Positions 42,295 to 49,271 of a stretch of DNA of 49,271 bases are shown here, in pieces. Source of the stretch: Nanobdellota archaeon (lineage in GTDB: Archaea; Nanobdellota; Nanobdellia; SCGC-AAA011-G17; JACPIM01). The notes under the pieces are model-generated. The model was not told the DNA's origin. It did not search any database and saw only the letters and a program-made list of their open reading frames with translations. Where the stretch lies: NCBI GenBank assembly GCA_038046265.1, contig JBBSWN010000013.1, positions 1-49,271 on the forward strand, written 5' to 3'. The stretch's first letter is position 1. Each line of letters starts with the position of its first letter. The position numbers and the translations under genes are program-made.

Positions 42295-45200
42295 GTGATA
42301 AAAGCTGAAGAATTAGCACAAAAGCAAAGAGAAATTTCTGTTTCTGAATTTTTCACAAAAAACAGGCATTTACTAGGTTTTGATAGCCCGGCAAAGGCAA
42401 TTTTAATGGCTGTAAAAGAGGCGTGTGACAATAGTCTAACCTATGATATGCCGTTTGTTATAAAAACTAAAGGCAAAATTTCGATAGTAAAAATAGGTGA
42501 ATTTGTTGATAATTTTATTAATAAAAATGAAGAAAAGTCTGAAAAGCTAAGAAATGGTAGTTTAGAAAAATTGCGGCTTGATGAAGGTATAGCTGCTTTA
42601 GCATTTGATAAAAAGACATTTAAACTGTCTTTTAGAAATATTTCTACAATTTTTCGACACAAAGTTAATAGTAAAATATATCGGGTTAAATTAGTTTCTG
42701 GAAGATATGTAGATTTAACTGCATATCACTCTGTTTTTACTTTAAACCAGGGTAAAGTCATATCAATTCCAACCGCTGATTTAAAAGAAGGTATGTCCAT
42801 TGTTGTTCCAAAAAAATTATGGAATAATCAATCAATAAATGAAATTAACTTAATTGAAGAGTTATTGCTTCTCGAACCATCATTAACTAATCGAATTAAT
42901 ATCTATGGAATTACTTCATTATTTACTGACCAAATAATTAAGAATATCAAGGATCTTTTACCAAAAAATAAGTGGTATAAAATAGGGGATTTTAAAAAAT
43001 GTAATTATCTCCCGCTTAACATTTTGCGAAATCTTAATATTGATTTAAATAGTTTTTCCGAATCCAAAATAGGTACTTCTCTTTGTAGATACAAAATACC
43101 AGCAATCCTGAAAATAGACAATAATTTAGCAGAATTATTGGGCTTTTATGTATCTGAAGGATCTATGTTAAAAACAGGACGCAGATTGCATTTCTCTTTT
43201 GGATCTCATGAAAAAGAGTTTATTTACTACGTACAGGATTTATATGAAAAGGTTTTTAAAATCAAGCCGAAAATCGGGAAAGCGCACAATACAGCATACA
43301 ATGTTATTTCAAATTGTACCATTCTATGCTTTGTATTAAAGAATATATTTAAAGTCGGGACAGATGCGAAAGATAAAAAAATACCTCAATTCGTGTTTAA
43401 TTTTCCCGCAAATCTAAAATACTCTTTTTTACTGGCTTATCTTGCTGGTGACGGGTATCCTAGTAAAAAAATTTTCGATATTTTAAAAAATAATTTACTG
43501 CTGACTGATTTAGATATTGACAAAACAACATGTGCAACTGCAAGTAATGATTTATTTATTGGTCTTCAATATATTTTATCTTCTCTGGGTTTAAGTTACA
43601 GCACTAGTATAAAAGAACCGAAAGAAAGAATTATTAATGAAATTAGGGCTAAATTTGGAAAAAGTTATTATATTTATATACCTACTAAAGGGAAAAATAG
43701 TGATATCAATTATTTACCAGTAAAAGATACTATTTCTAGTACAATAGATCTCCAAATAAAGCACTCTATTTTGAGGTATAACCAAAAAAACCTGCATATC
43801 GAGACAATAATGAATTCTCTAAGTAATTCAAAATTAATTTTACATGAAGGATTAGATTCCTTTTTAGCTGGCGATCTAGGTTTATTAGAAATAGTAAAAA
43901 TAGAAGAAATACCATATCATAAAGAATGGGTTTACGACGTATCAGTACCAGAATGTGAAAACTTTGTTGCAGGTATGGGAGCAATTGTTTGTCATAATTC
44001 TCTTGATGCATGTGAAGAAATGAGAGTTCTGCCAGAAATTAAAGTTGAAATCAAAGAGGTATCAGAAAATAGATTTAAAGTAGATGTTGAAGACAACGGC
44101 CCCGGAATTGTAAAAGAACAAATACCAAAAGTTTTTGCGAAATTACTATATGGAAGCAAATTTCACAGACTGCGCTGCAGCCGCGGTCAGCAAGGAATTG
44201 GAATTAGCGCTGCTGTTTTATATTCACAATTAACAACAGGCAAGCCAGCTATAATAACATCAAAAATTAGTCCAAAACAAAAAGCACACCGTTACTGGCT
44301 TCATATTAACACTGCAAAAAATGAGCCTGAAATAATAAAGGAAGATTCTTTTGAATGGAACAAAGATCACGGCACTAAAGTTGAAATAGAATTGGAAGGA
44401 AAATATCAAAAAGGAAAACAAAGCGTGGATGAATTTTTAAAACAAGTTGCAATTGTCAACCCACATGCTAAAATAACTTATGTAAATCCGCTAAATGAAA
44501 AAATAGAATATCCAAGAGTTACAAATGAAATGCCTGCAGAAGCAGTTGAAATAAAACCTCATCCATACGGCATTGAGCTTGGAATTTTAATAAAAATGCT
44601 GAAATCTACTGAATCAAGAACATTAAGCTCTTTTTTACAAAATGATTTTTCAAGAATAAGCAGTGTAACAGCAAAAGAAATTTGTGACAAGGCAAATTTA
44701 GACCAGAAGTTAAAACCAGAAGAACTGACATTACCCCAGTCAGAAGCTTTGTACAAAGCAATGCAAAACACAAAAATAATTGCTCCTCCAACAAACTGCC
44801 TTACTCCAATTGAGGAAGAACTATTAATTAAAGGCCTTCAAAAAGAGATTAATGCTGAATTTTACACATCTGTTTCAAGAAGCCCTGTTGTATACAAGGG
44901 AAGGCCATTTTTAATTGAAGTTGGAGTTGCCTATGGGGGAGACATAGAAAAAGAAGCACAGGTAAGATTAATGAGGTTTGCTAACAGAGTTCCTTTACTA
45001 TACCAGCAAGGGGCGTGCTCAATAACAGAAGCTGTACAGGAAACAAATTGGAGACCATATGGACTGCAGCAAAGCAGTGGAAGTTTGCCTTATGGACCTT
45101 TAGTTTTAGTTGTTCACATGGCCAGTGTATGGGTTCCTTTTACATCAGAAAGCAAGGATGCTATTGCACATTATGAAGACATTATAAAAGAAATTAGATT

Positions 45201-45528
45201 AGGGTTGCAGGAATGCGGAAGAAGACTGGGAATTTACATAAGAAAAAATGTAAAAGCTAAAGAACAAAAAGAAAAAATTGACTTATTTACAAAATTTATT
45301 CCTGAATTAGCTTCATCATTAAGTTCATTGACAGGAGAAAAATCAAAAACTCTTGAAGAAGAACTGACTAAAATTTTAAACAAGAACATGAAAGAATTGT
45401 TAAGCAACATTGATAATGCAGAAATAAAGCAGGAAATAAGAGAACAGATGAAAGAACATTTAAACGGAAAAAAGGAGAAGATTGAAGTTAAGAAAACAAA
45501 AAAGGAGATTCAAACACAGCTTAAGTAA
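42295..45528 (+). CDS. top6B: DNA topoisomerase VI subunit B, interrupted by an intein
   Basis: The exteins (555 aa joined) carry the GHKL N-box ...KEACDN|SLDACEE, the G-boxes DNGPGI and GQQGIG, and the H2TH and transducer regions. The total ORF of 1077 aa is about twice the normal size. Confidence 0.9.
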   Translation: MIKAEELAQKQREISVSEFFTKNRHLLGFDSPAKAILMAVKEACDNSLTYDMPFVIKTKGKISIVKIGEFVDNFINKNEEKSEKLRNGSLEKLRLDEGIAALAFDKKTFKLSFRNISTIFRHKVNSKIYRVKLVSGRYVDLTAYHSVFTLNQGKVISIPTADLKEGMSIVVPKKLWNNQSINEINLIEELLLLEPSLTNRINIYGITSLFTDQIIKNIKDLLPKNKWYKIGDFKKCNYLPLNILRNLNIDLNSFSESKIGTSLCRYKIPAILKIDNNLAELLGFYVSEGSMLKTGRRLHFSFGSHEKEFIYYVQDLYEKVFKIKPKIGKAHNTAYNVISNCTILCFVLKNIFKVGTDAKDKKIPQFVFNFPANLKYSFLLAYLAGDGYPSKKIFDILKNNLLLTDLDIDKTTCATASNDLFIGLQYILSSLGLSYSTSIKEPKERIINEIRAKFGKSYYIYIPTKGKNSDINYLPVKDTISSTIDLQIKHSILRYNQKNLHIETIMNSLSNSKLILHEGLDSFLAGDLGLLEIVKIEEIPYHKEWVYDVSVPECENFVAGMGAIVCHNSLDACEEMRVLPEIKVEIKEVSENRFKVDVEDNGPGIVKEQIPKVFAKLLYGSKFHRLRCSRGQQGIGISAAVLYSQLTTGKPAIITSKISPKQKAHRYWLHINTAKNEPEIIKEDSFEWNKDHGTKVEIELEGKYQKGKQSVDEFLKQVAIVNPHAKITYVNPLNEKIEYPRVTNEMPAEAVEIKPHPYGIELGILIKMLKSTESRTLSSFLQNDFSRISSVTAKEICDKANLDQKLKPEELTLPQSEALYKAMQNTKIIAPPTNCLTPIEEELLIKGLQKEINAEFYTSVSRSPVVYKGRPFLIEVGVAYGGDIEKEAQVRLMRFANRVPLLYQQGACSITEAVQETNWRPYGLQQSSGSLPYGPLVLVVHMASVWVPFTSESKDAIAHYEDIIKEIRLGLQECGRRLGIYIRKNVKAKEQKEKIDLFTKFIPELASSLSSLTGEKSKTLEEELTKILNKNMKELLSNIDNAEIKQEIREQMKEHLNGKKEKIEVKKTKKEIQTQLK
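42433..43998 (+). mobile_element. intein (522 aa) with a LAGLIDADG homing endonuclease domain
   Basis: Block A is SLTYDMPFVIK..G (Ser1) and block B is LTAYH. The two LAGLIDADG motifs are LLGFYVSEGS and LLAYLAGDGY. Blocks F/G are VYDVSVPECENFVAGMGAIVCHN, followed by Ser+1. Confidence 0.85.
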
Positions 45529-45555
45529 GCTTCATTTTTGGTGAAAGCTTCTCGG

Positions 45556-45582
45556 TTTTCCGTGAACGCTTTTCTGAAAAGT
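45556..45582 (+). promoter_or_regulatory. 27-nt conserved element, copy B (immediately upstream of top6A)
   Basis: ttttccgtgaacgcttttctgaaaagt ends 4 nt before the top6A ATG. It is preceded by the hairpin AAGCTTCA-tttttgg-TGAAAGCTT (45527..45550). Confidence 0.6.
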
Positions 45583-45586
45583 TCAA

Positions 45587-46675
45587 ATGGCAGAAAAAAC
45601 TAAATCAAAAAAAGTTCTTGAAGAATTTGGCTCAAATATAGTATCACAGATAAAGAAAGGGAAAAATCCTGAAATAGAAATGACATTAAGAAATTTAAGT
45701 AATATAGTTTACGACACTAAAAACAAGATCCTGAAATTGGGAAATAAAATGCAGAGCAGGTCATTCTTTAATTTAGCCCATTCAAAGAAGTTTTTGCAGA
45801 CAGTTGAAATCGCAAGTAAAATTAAAAAAGAGCTTTTAGAATCAGGAAAACACTCCAGCTTAAGAGACGTTTTCTATATGGTAAAAAGAACTATTCCAGG
45901 CACTGACATTAACCTAGTAGATGACCAAACAGAATCAGACAAAGCCATTGAAGACCTTGAAGTTATAACAGATTTTTCAAGAGAACAACTGCATATAGCA
46001 GCAAATAAAATGGGAAGCGTGGCTGGAAAAGTAGTTATTGAAGACAAGGGAGACACAATTGACTGGAGTAAAATGGGGAGTGGAGGATGGTCAATTCCTT
46101 CTATAACAGATGAATTGAAATTTAAGAAAGTCAATGCAAAATATGTTCTTTACACGGAGAAAGCAGCTGTGTTTGAAAGATTAAATGAAGACAAGTTCTG
46201 GGACAAAAACAACTGCATAATTATTTCATCACAAGGCCAGACAACTAGGGGGATTAGAAGAATGTTGCAAAGATTGTATGAAGAACACAATCTTCCAATT
46301 TATGTTCTCTGTGACGGAGACATTTATGGCGCATATATTTATTCTGTAATAAAATATGGATCAATTGCTCTTGCGCATGCATCGGGCAGATTAACAATTC
46401 CTGGTGTAAAATATGTTGGAATTACGATGGATGATGTTGTAAAATATGATTTAAAAAAACATTTTATCAAATTAGATGAAAAAGACTATGCAAGAATAAA
46501 ACAAGTTTCAGAATATGCTTGGTTTAAAAATAATAATAACTGGTTAAGGCAGTTTAAGATGATGAAAGATTTTGGGGCAAAAGTGGAAATCCAGTCCCTT
46601 ACTTCAAAAGGAATAAGCTTCATTTCTGAAAAATATTTGCCTGAAAAAATAAAAAACAAGGAATTTTTAGATTAA
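45587..46675 (+). CDS. top6A: DNA topoisomerase VI subunit A (Spo11 family)
   Basis: Catalytic Tyr region SLRDVFYMV, Toprim Glu LYTEKAAVFERL, and the DxD motif LCDGDIYG. Confidence 0.9.
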   Translation: MAEKTKSKKVLEEFGSNIVSQIKKGKNPEIEMTLRNLSNIVYDTKNKILKLGNKMQSRSFFNLAHSKKFLQTVEIASKIKKELLESGKHSSLRDVFYMVKRTIPGTDINLVDDQTESDKAIEDLEVITDFSREQLHIAANKMGSVAGKVVIEDKGDTIDWSKMGSGGWSIPSITDELKFKKVNAKYVLYTEKAAVFERLNEDKFWDKNNCIIISSQGQTTRGIRRMLQRLYEEHNLPIYVLCDGDIYGAYIYSVIKYGSIALAHASGRLTIPGVKYVGITMDDVVKYDLKKHFIKLDEKDYARIKQVSEYAWFKNNNNWLRQFKMMKDFGAKVEIQSLTSKGISFISEKYLPEKIKNKEFLD

Positions 46676-46682
46676 TTTACTC

Positions 46683-46699
46683 AAAAACCTTTATAAATC
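46683..46699 (+). promoter_or_regulatory. BRE/TATA promoter for tRNA-Ile (and probably topA)
   Basis: aaaaacctttataaatc lies about 30-34 nt upstream of the tRNA 5' end at 46723. Confidence 0.45.
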
Positions 46700-46722
46700 A
46701 ATTAAAAATCCTTTTTCTATAT

Positions 46723-46823
46723 GGGCCCGTAGCTTAGTCTGGTTGGAGCACTTGGGCTTAAAAATGACCCATCTCAGTCGACTGATAATCGAGCGGTCGT
46801 CAGTTCAAATCTGATCGGGCCCA
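46723..46823 (+). tRNA. tRNA-Ile(GAU) with a 26-nt intron in the 5' strand of the anticodon stem (about 46752..46777)
   Basis: GGGCCCG/CGGGCCC acceptor stem and GCUU/GAGC D-stem. After the insert is removed, the anticodon arm C|UCGA-CUGAUAA-UCGAG is perfectly paired. T-arm GUCAG-UUCAAAU-CUGAU; discriminator A. The spliced sequence closely resembles my recollection of typical archaeal tRNA-Ile(GAU) sequences. Confidence 0.85.
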
Positions 46824-46834
46824 TGTCTTATAAA

Positions 46835-49024
46835 ATGTACAAGCTAATAATCAGTGAAAAACCACAAGCAGCATTAAAAATAGCAACAGCTCTAGCAGAC
46901 GATAAAATAGAGGAAAAGCAGAAAAACAAGGTTTCTTACTTCAAGATAAAAAGAAACAAGGAAGAATATGTTGTTGCACCAGCAGTCGGCCACTTGTTTG
47001 CATTGACAGACAAAAGAAAAAAAGGACTTACTTATCCTTCTTTTGATGTTGAATGGAAAGAAGCTCATTTAGTTTCAAAGAAAGCAAAATTTTCTGAAAA
47101 ATACTTGGACTTGATAAAAGAACTTTCAAAAGACTGCAAGGAAATAATCATAGCAACAGATAAAGACTTGGAAGGAGAACTAATTGGGTATAATATATCA
47201 AGATTTGTAAGCCAAAACAAGAAAGCAAAAAGAATGGAATTTTCTACATTAACTAAAGAAGACTTAATTACTTCTTTGGAAAATGCAAAAAATGAAATTG
47301 ACCTTCCATTGGCAAGAGCAGGTGAAACTCGTCATGTAATGGATTGGATATGGGGAATTAATACATCAAGAGCATTGACACTGGCAATAAAAAGAGCTGG
47401 AAACTTTAAGCTAATGTCATCTGGCAGGGTCCAGGGACCAACCTTAAACTTGATTGTGAAAAAAGAAAAAGAAATTCTTGCGTTTAAGCCGGTGCCATTC
47501 TGGAATGTAGATTTACATACAGACAAATTCATTGCACAGCATGAAAAAGGAAATATTTTTGAGAAAAAAGAAGCAGATGACATATTAAAAAACACAAAAG
47601 AGAAAAAAGCTTTTGTAAAAAACATAAAGAAAACAGAATTTATCCAATCTCCTCCTAACCCCTTTGACTTAACCTCTTTGCAGTTGGAAGCATACAGAAC
47701 TTTAGGAATAAACCCAAAAGAAACTTTGTCATTGGCTCAGGACTTATATACAAGTGGTTTAATATCATATCCAAGAACTTCCTCCCAGAAATTACCTTTG
47801 TCATTAAACTTGAAAAAAATAATTGAACAGCTAAATAAAAACTCAGCTTATAATGAAATTTGTTCTGAATTATTAAAAAAAGAGTTAAAGCCAAATGAAG
47901 GACAAAAATCAGATCCCGCTCACCCAGCCATTCACCCAACAGGAGAATTTGCATCCTTGGAAGGAAAACAGTTTAGGTTGTATGATTTAATTGTTAGAAG
48001 ATTCCTAAGTACATTTGGGGAAAATGCAAAAAAACAAACTAATCATATTGACATTGATATAAATAATGAAACATTCTCAGTTTCCGGCACAATAACTTTG
48101 GAAAAAGGCTGGTTAAATTATTACGGAAGATATGCAAAGTCAAAAGACGTTGAACTTCCTAAGTATAAAGAAGGCCAGGAAATAAAAGTTAATGAAATTA
48201 AAATTGAAGACAAAGAAACTCAGCCCCCAAAAAGATACACTCCAGCTTCTATTATCAAAGAATTAGATAAAAAAACGCTCGGAACGAAATCAACTCGTGC
48301 AGCAATTGTAGATGCTTTATACAAAAGAAATTATGTTCAAGGTACATCAATTCAGGCAACAACTTTGGGCATAAGAACAATAGAAACTCTTGGTAAATAT
48401 TGTGAACAAATTATAGATGAAAAATTAACTAGACATTTTGAAAAAGAAATGGAGCAGATAAGGGAAAATACAAAAAATCCCGATGAAGTTTTAAATGAAG
48501 CAAAAGAAAGATTAGTTGGGGTTTTCAAGAAATTTTCAGAAAATGAGGAGAAAATAGGCAAGTCATTGTTAGAATCACACAGAACAACAGAAGCTGAAAT
48601 GAATACATTTGGTCTGTGTCCAAAATGCAATACAGGAAACTTAAAAATATTGTATTCTCCAAGAACAAAAAGCAAGTTTGTCGGCTGCACTCATTATCCT
48701 AACTGCAAGAATATTTATTCACTGCCTAGAAACGGATTAATAAAAAAAATAGAAGAAAAATGCAAAGAATGCAACTTTTACCAGGTTTTAGTTATAAGAG
48801 CTGGAAAAAGACCATGGAAACTGTGTTTAACTCCTAATTGCAAGTCAAAAGAAGCCTGGGCCAAGCCTTTTGTAAAAAGCCCTGAAGGAAAATCCGACGA
48901 AAAAGATTTACCAAAAACCGACGAGACAGTAAAAGAAGAAAAACCAGAAGAAAAGAAAATAGATATAAAAGAAAAACCTAAAAAAGCAGTTAAGAAAAAA
49001 ACTAGTAAAAAGAAAACAGCATGA
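46835..49024 (+). CDS. topA: type IA DNA topoisomerase (archaeal TopA/Topo III-like)
   Basis: N-terminal YKLIISEKPQAA, Toprim IIATDKDLEGELIG, catalytic Tyr ISYPRTSSQ, and two C-terminal zinc ribbons (CPKCN...CTHYPNC; CKECN...CLTPNC) plus a Lys-rich tail. ATG at 46835 is preferred to 46823, which overlaps the tRNA. Confidence 0.9.
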   Translation: MYKLIISEKPQAALKIATALADDKIEEKQKNKVSYFKIKRNKEEYVVAPAVGHLFALTDKRKKGLTYPSFDVEWKEAHLVSKKAKFSEKYLDLIKELSKDCKEIIIATDKDLEGELIGYNISRFVSQNKKAKRMEFSTLTKEDLITSLENAKNEIDLPLARAGETRHVMDWIWGINTSRALTLAIKRAGNFKLMSSGRVQGPTLNLIVKKEKEILAFKPVPFWNVDLHTDKFIAQHEKGNIFEKKEADDILKNTKEKKAFVKNIKKTEFIQSPPNPFDLTSLQLEAYRTLGINPKETLSLAQDLYTSGLISYPRTSSQKLPLSLNLKKIIEQLNKNSAYNEICSELLKKELKPNEGQKSDPAHPAIHPTGEFASLEGKQFRLYDLIVRRFLSTFGENAKKQTNHIDIDINNETFSVSGTITLEKGWLNYYGRYAKSKDVELPKYKEGQEIKVNEIKIEDKETQPPKRYTPASIIKELDKKTLGTKSTRAAIVDALYKRNYVQGTSIQATTLGIRTIETLGKYCEQIIDEKLTRHFEKEMEQIRENTKNPDEVLNEAKERLVGVFKKFSENEEKIGKSLLESHRTTEAEMNTFGLCPKCNTGNLKILYSPRTKSKFVGCTHYPNCKNIYSLPRNGLIKKIEEKCKECNFYQVLVIRAGKRPWKLCLTPNCKSKEAWAKPFVKSPEGKSDEKDLPKTDETVKEEKPEEKKIDIKEKPKKAVKKKTSKKKTA

Positions 49025-49271
49025 AACATATTGAAGTTGAGCTAAGGTCATTAATATCAAAAGAAAAATATAATGAATTGTTAAATTTCTTCAAAAAATT
49101 AAATCTTCAATTTACAGAAGATTTTCATGAAACTTTTTACTTTGACACAAAAGACCATTTACGCATTTACAGAACTAATAAAGAAGCAGTTTTATTGTTC
49201 AAGAAAGGAAGAATCCATGATGAAATAAAAGAAGAAATAGAAATTAAATTCAAAAGAGAAGAATTTGAAGA
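49021..49271 (+). CDS. CYTH-domain protein (CyaB/ThTPase-like triphosphate tunnel enzyme), 5' partial at the window edge
   Basis: Hand translation gives MKHIEVELRSLISKEKYNELLNFF...HETFYFDT...LRIYRT, with the ExExK-type opening motif (IEVELR). The ATG overlaps the topA stop (ATGA). The ORF runs off the end of the window. Confidence 0.55.
   Translation, partial: MKHIEVELRSLISKEKYNELLNFFKKLNLQFTEDFHETFYFDTKDHLRIYRTNKEAVLLFKKGRIHDEIKEEIEIKFKREEFE

Noticed and set aside
1-49271. The window was scanned for CRISPR arrays, rRNA genes, transposases or IS elements, and integrases next to tRNA genes.
   Set aside because: No regularly spaced direct repeats of 24-40 nt were seen, and no rRNA-like G/C-rich stretches. 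No DDE, tyrosine or serine recombinase motifs were found in any ORF. The tRNA-flanking genes are housekeeping genes.

Overview
This is a strongly AT-rich, gene-dense archaeal window. The archaeal call rests on TBP, MCM, topoisomerase VI A and B, aIF1A, aIF2-beta, GatDE, ATP-dependent DNA ligase, FtsZ and Taw1. The compact overlapping genes, many small hypotheticals and reduced proteins suggest a DPANN-type lineage (Woesearchaeota/Pacearchaeota-like); that placement is inference only. About 55 protein genes and 4 tRNA genes are supportable. The content is mostly housekeeping: a dense set of tRNA and aminoacylation genes (AsnRS, AspRS, CysRS, GatCAB, GatDE, YbaK-like deacylase, Taw1), replication and topology genes (MCM, ligase, TopoVI, Topo IA), translation factors, three peptidases and a P-type ATPase. 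Small accessory islets carry toxin-antitoxin-like genes. The most notable observations are these. (1) top6B carries a 522-aa LAGLIDADG intein inside the GHKL ATP-binding N-box. (2) All four tRNA genes contain introns, three of them at non-canonical sites (D-loop twice, 5' anticodon stem once). (3) A near-identical 27-nt element lies upstream of both top6B and top6A, and related sequence modules recur upstream of mcm and at other intergenic sites. (4) A bacterial-type lgt sits next to a lipobox cupredoxin. (5) GatE lacks its AspRS-like insertion, in a genome that also encodes both AsnRS and GatCAB. (6) An ArmA/RmtB-family 16S rRNA methyltransferase homologue sits in a translation-factor operon. 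No CRISPR array, rRNA gene or transposase was seen.
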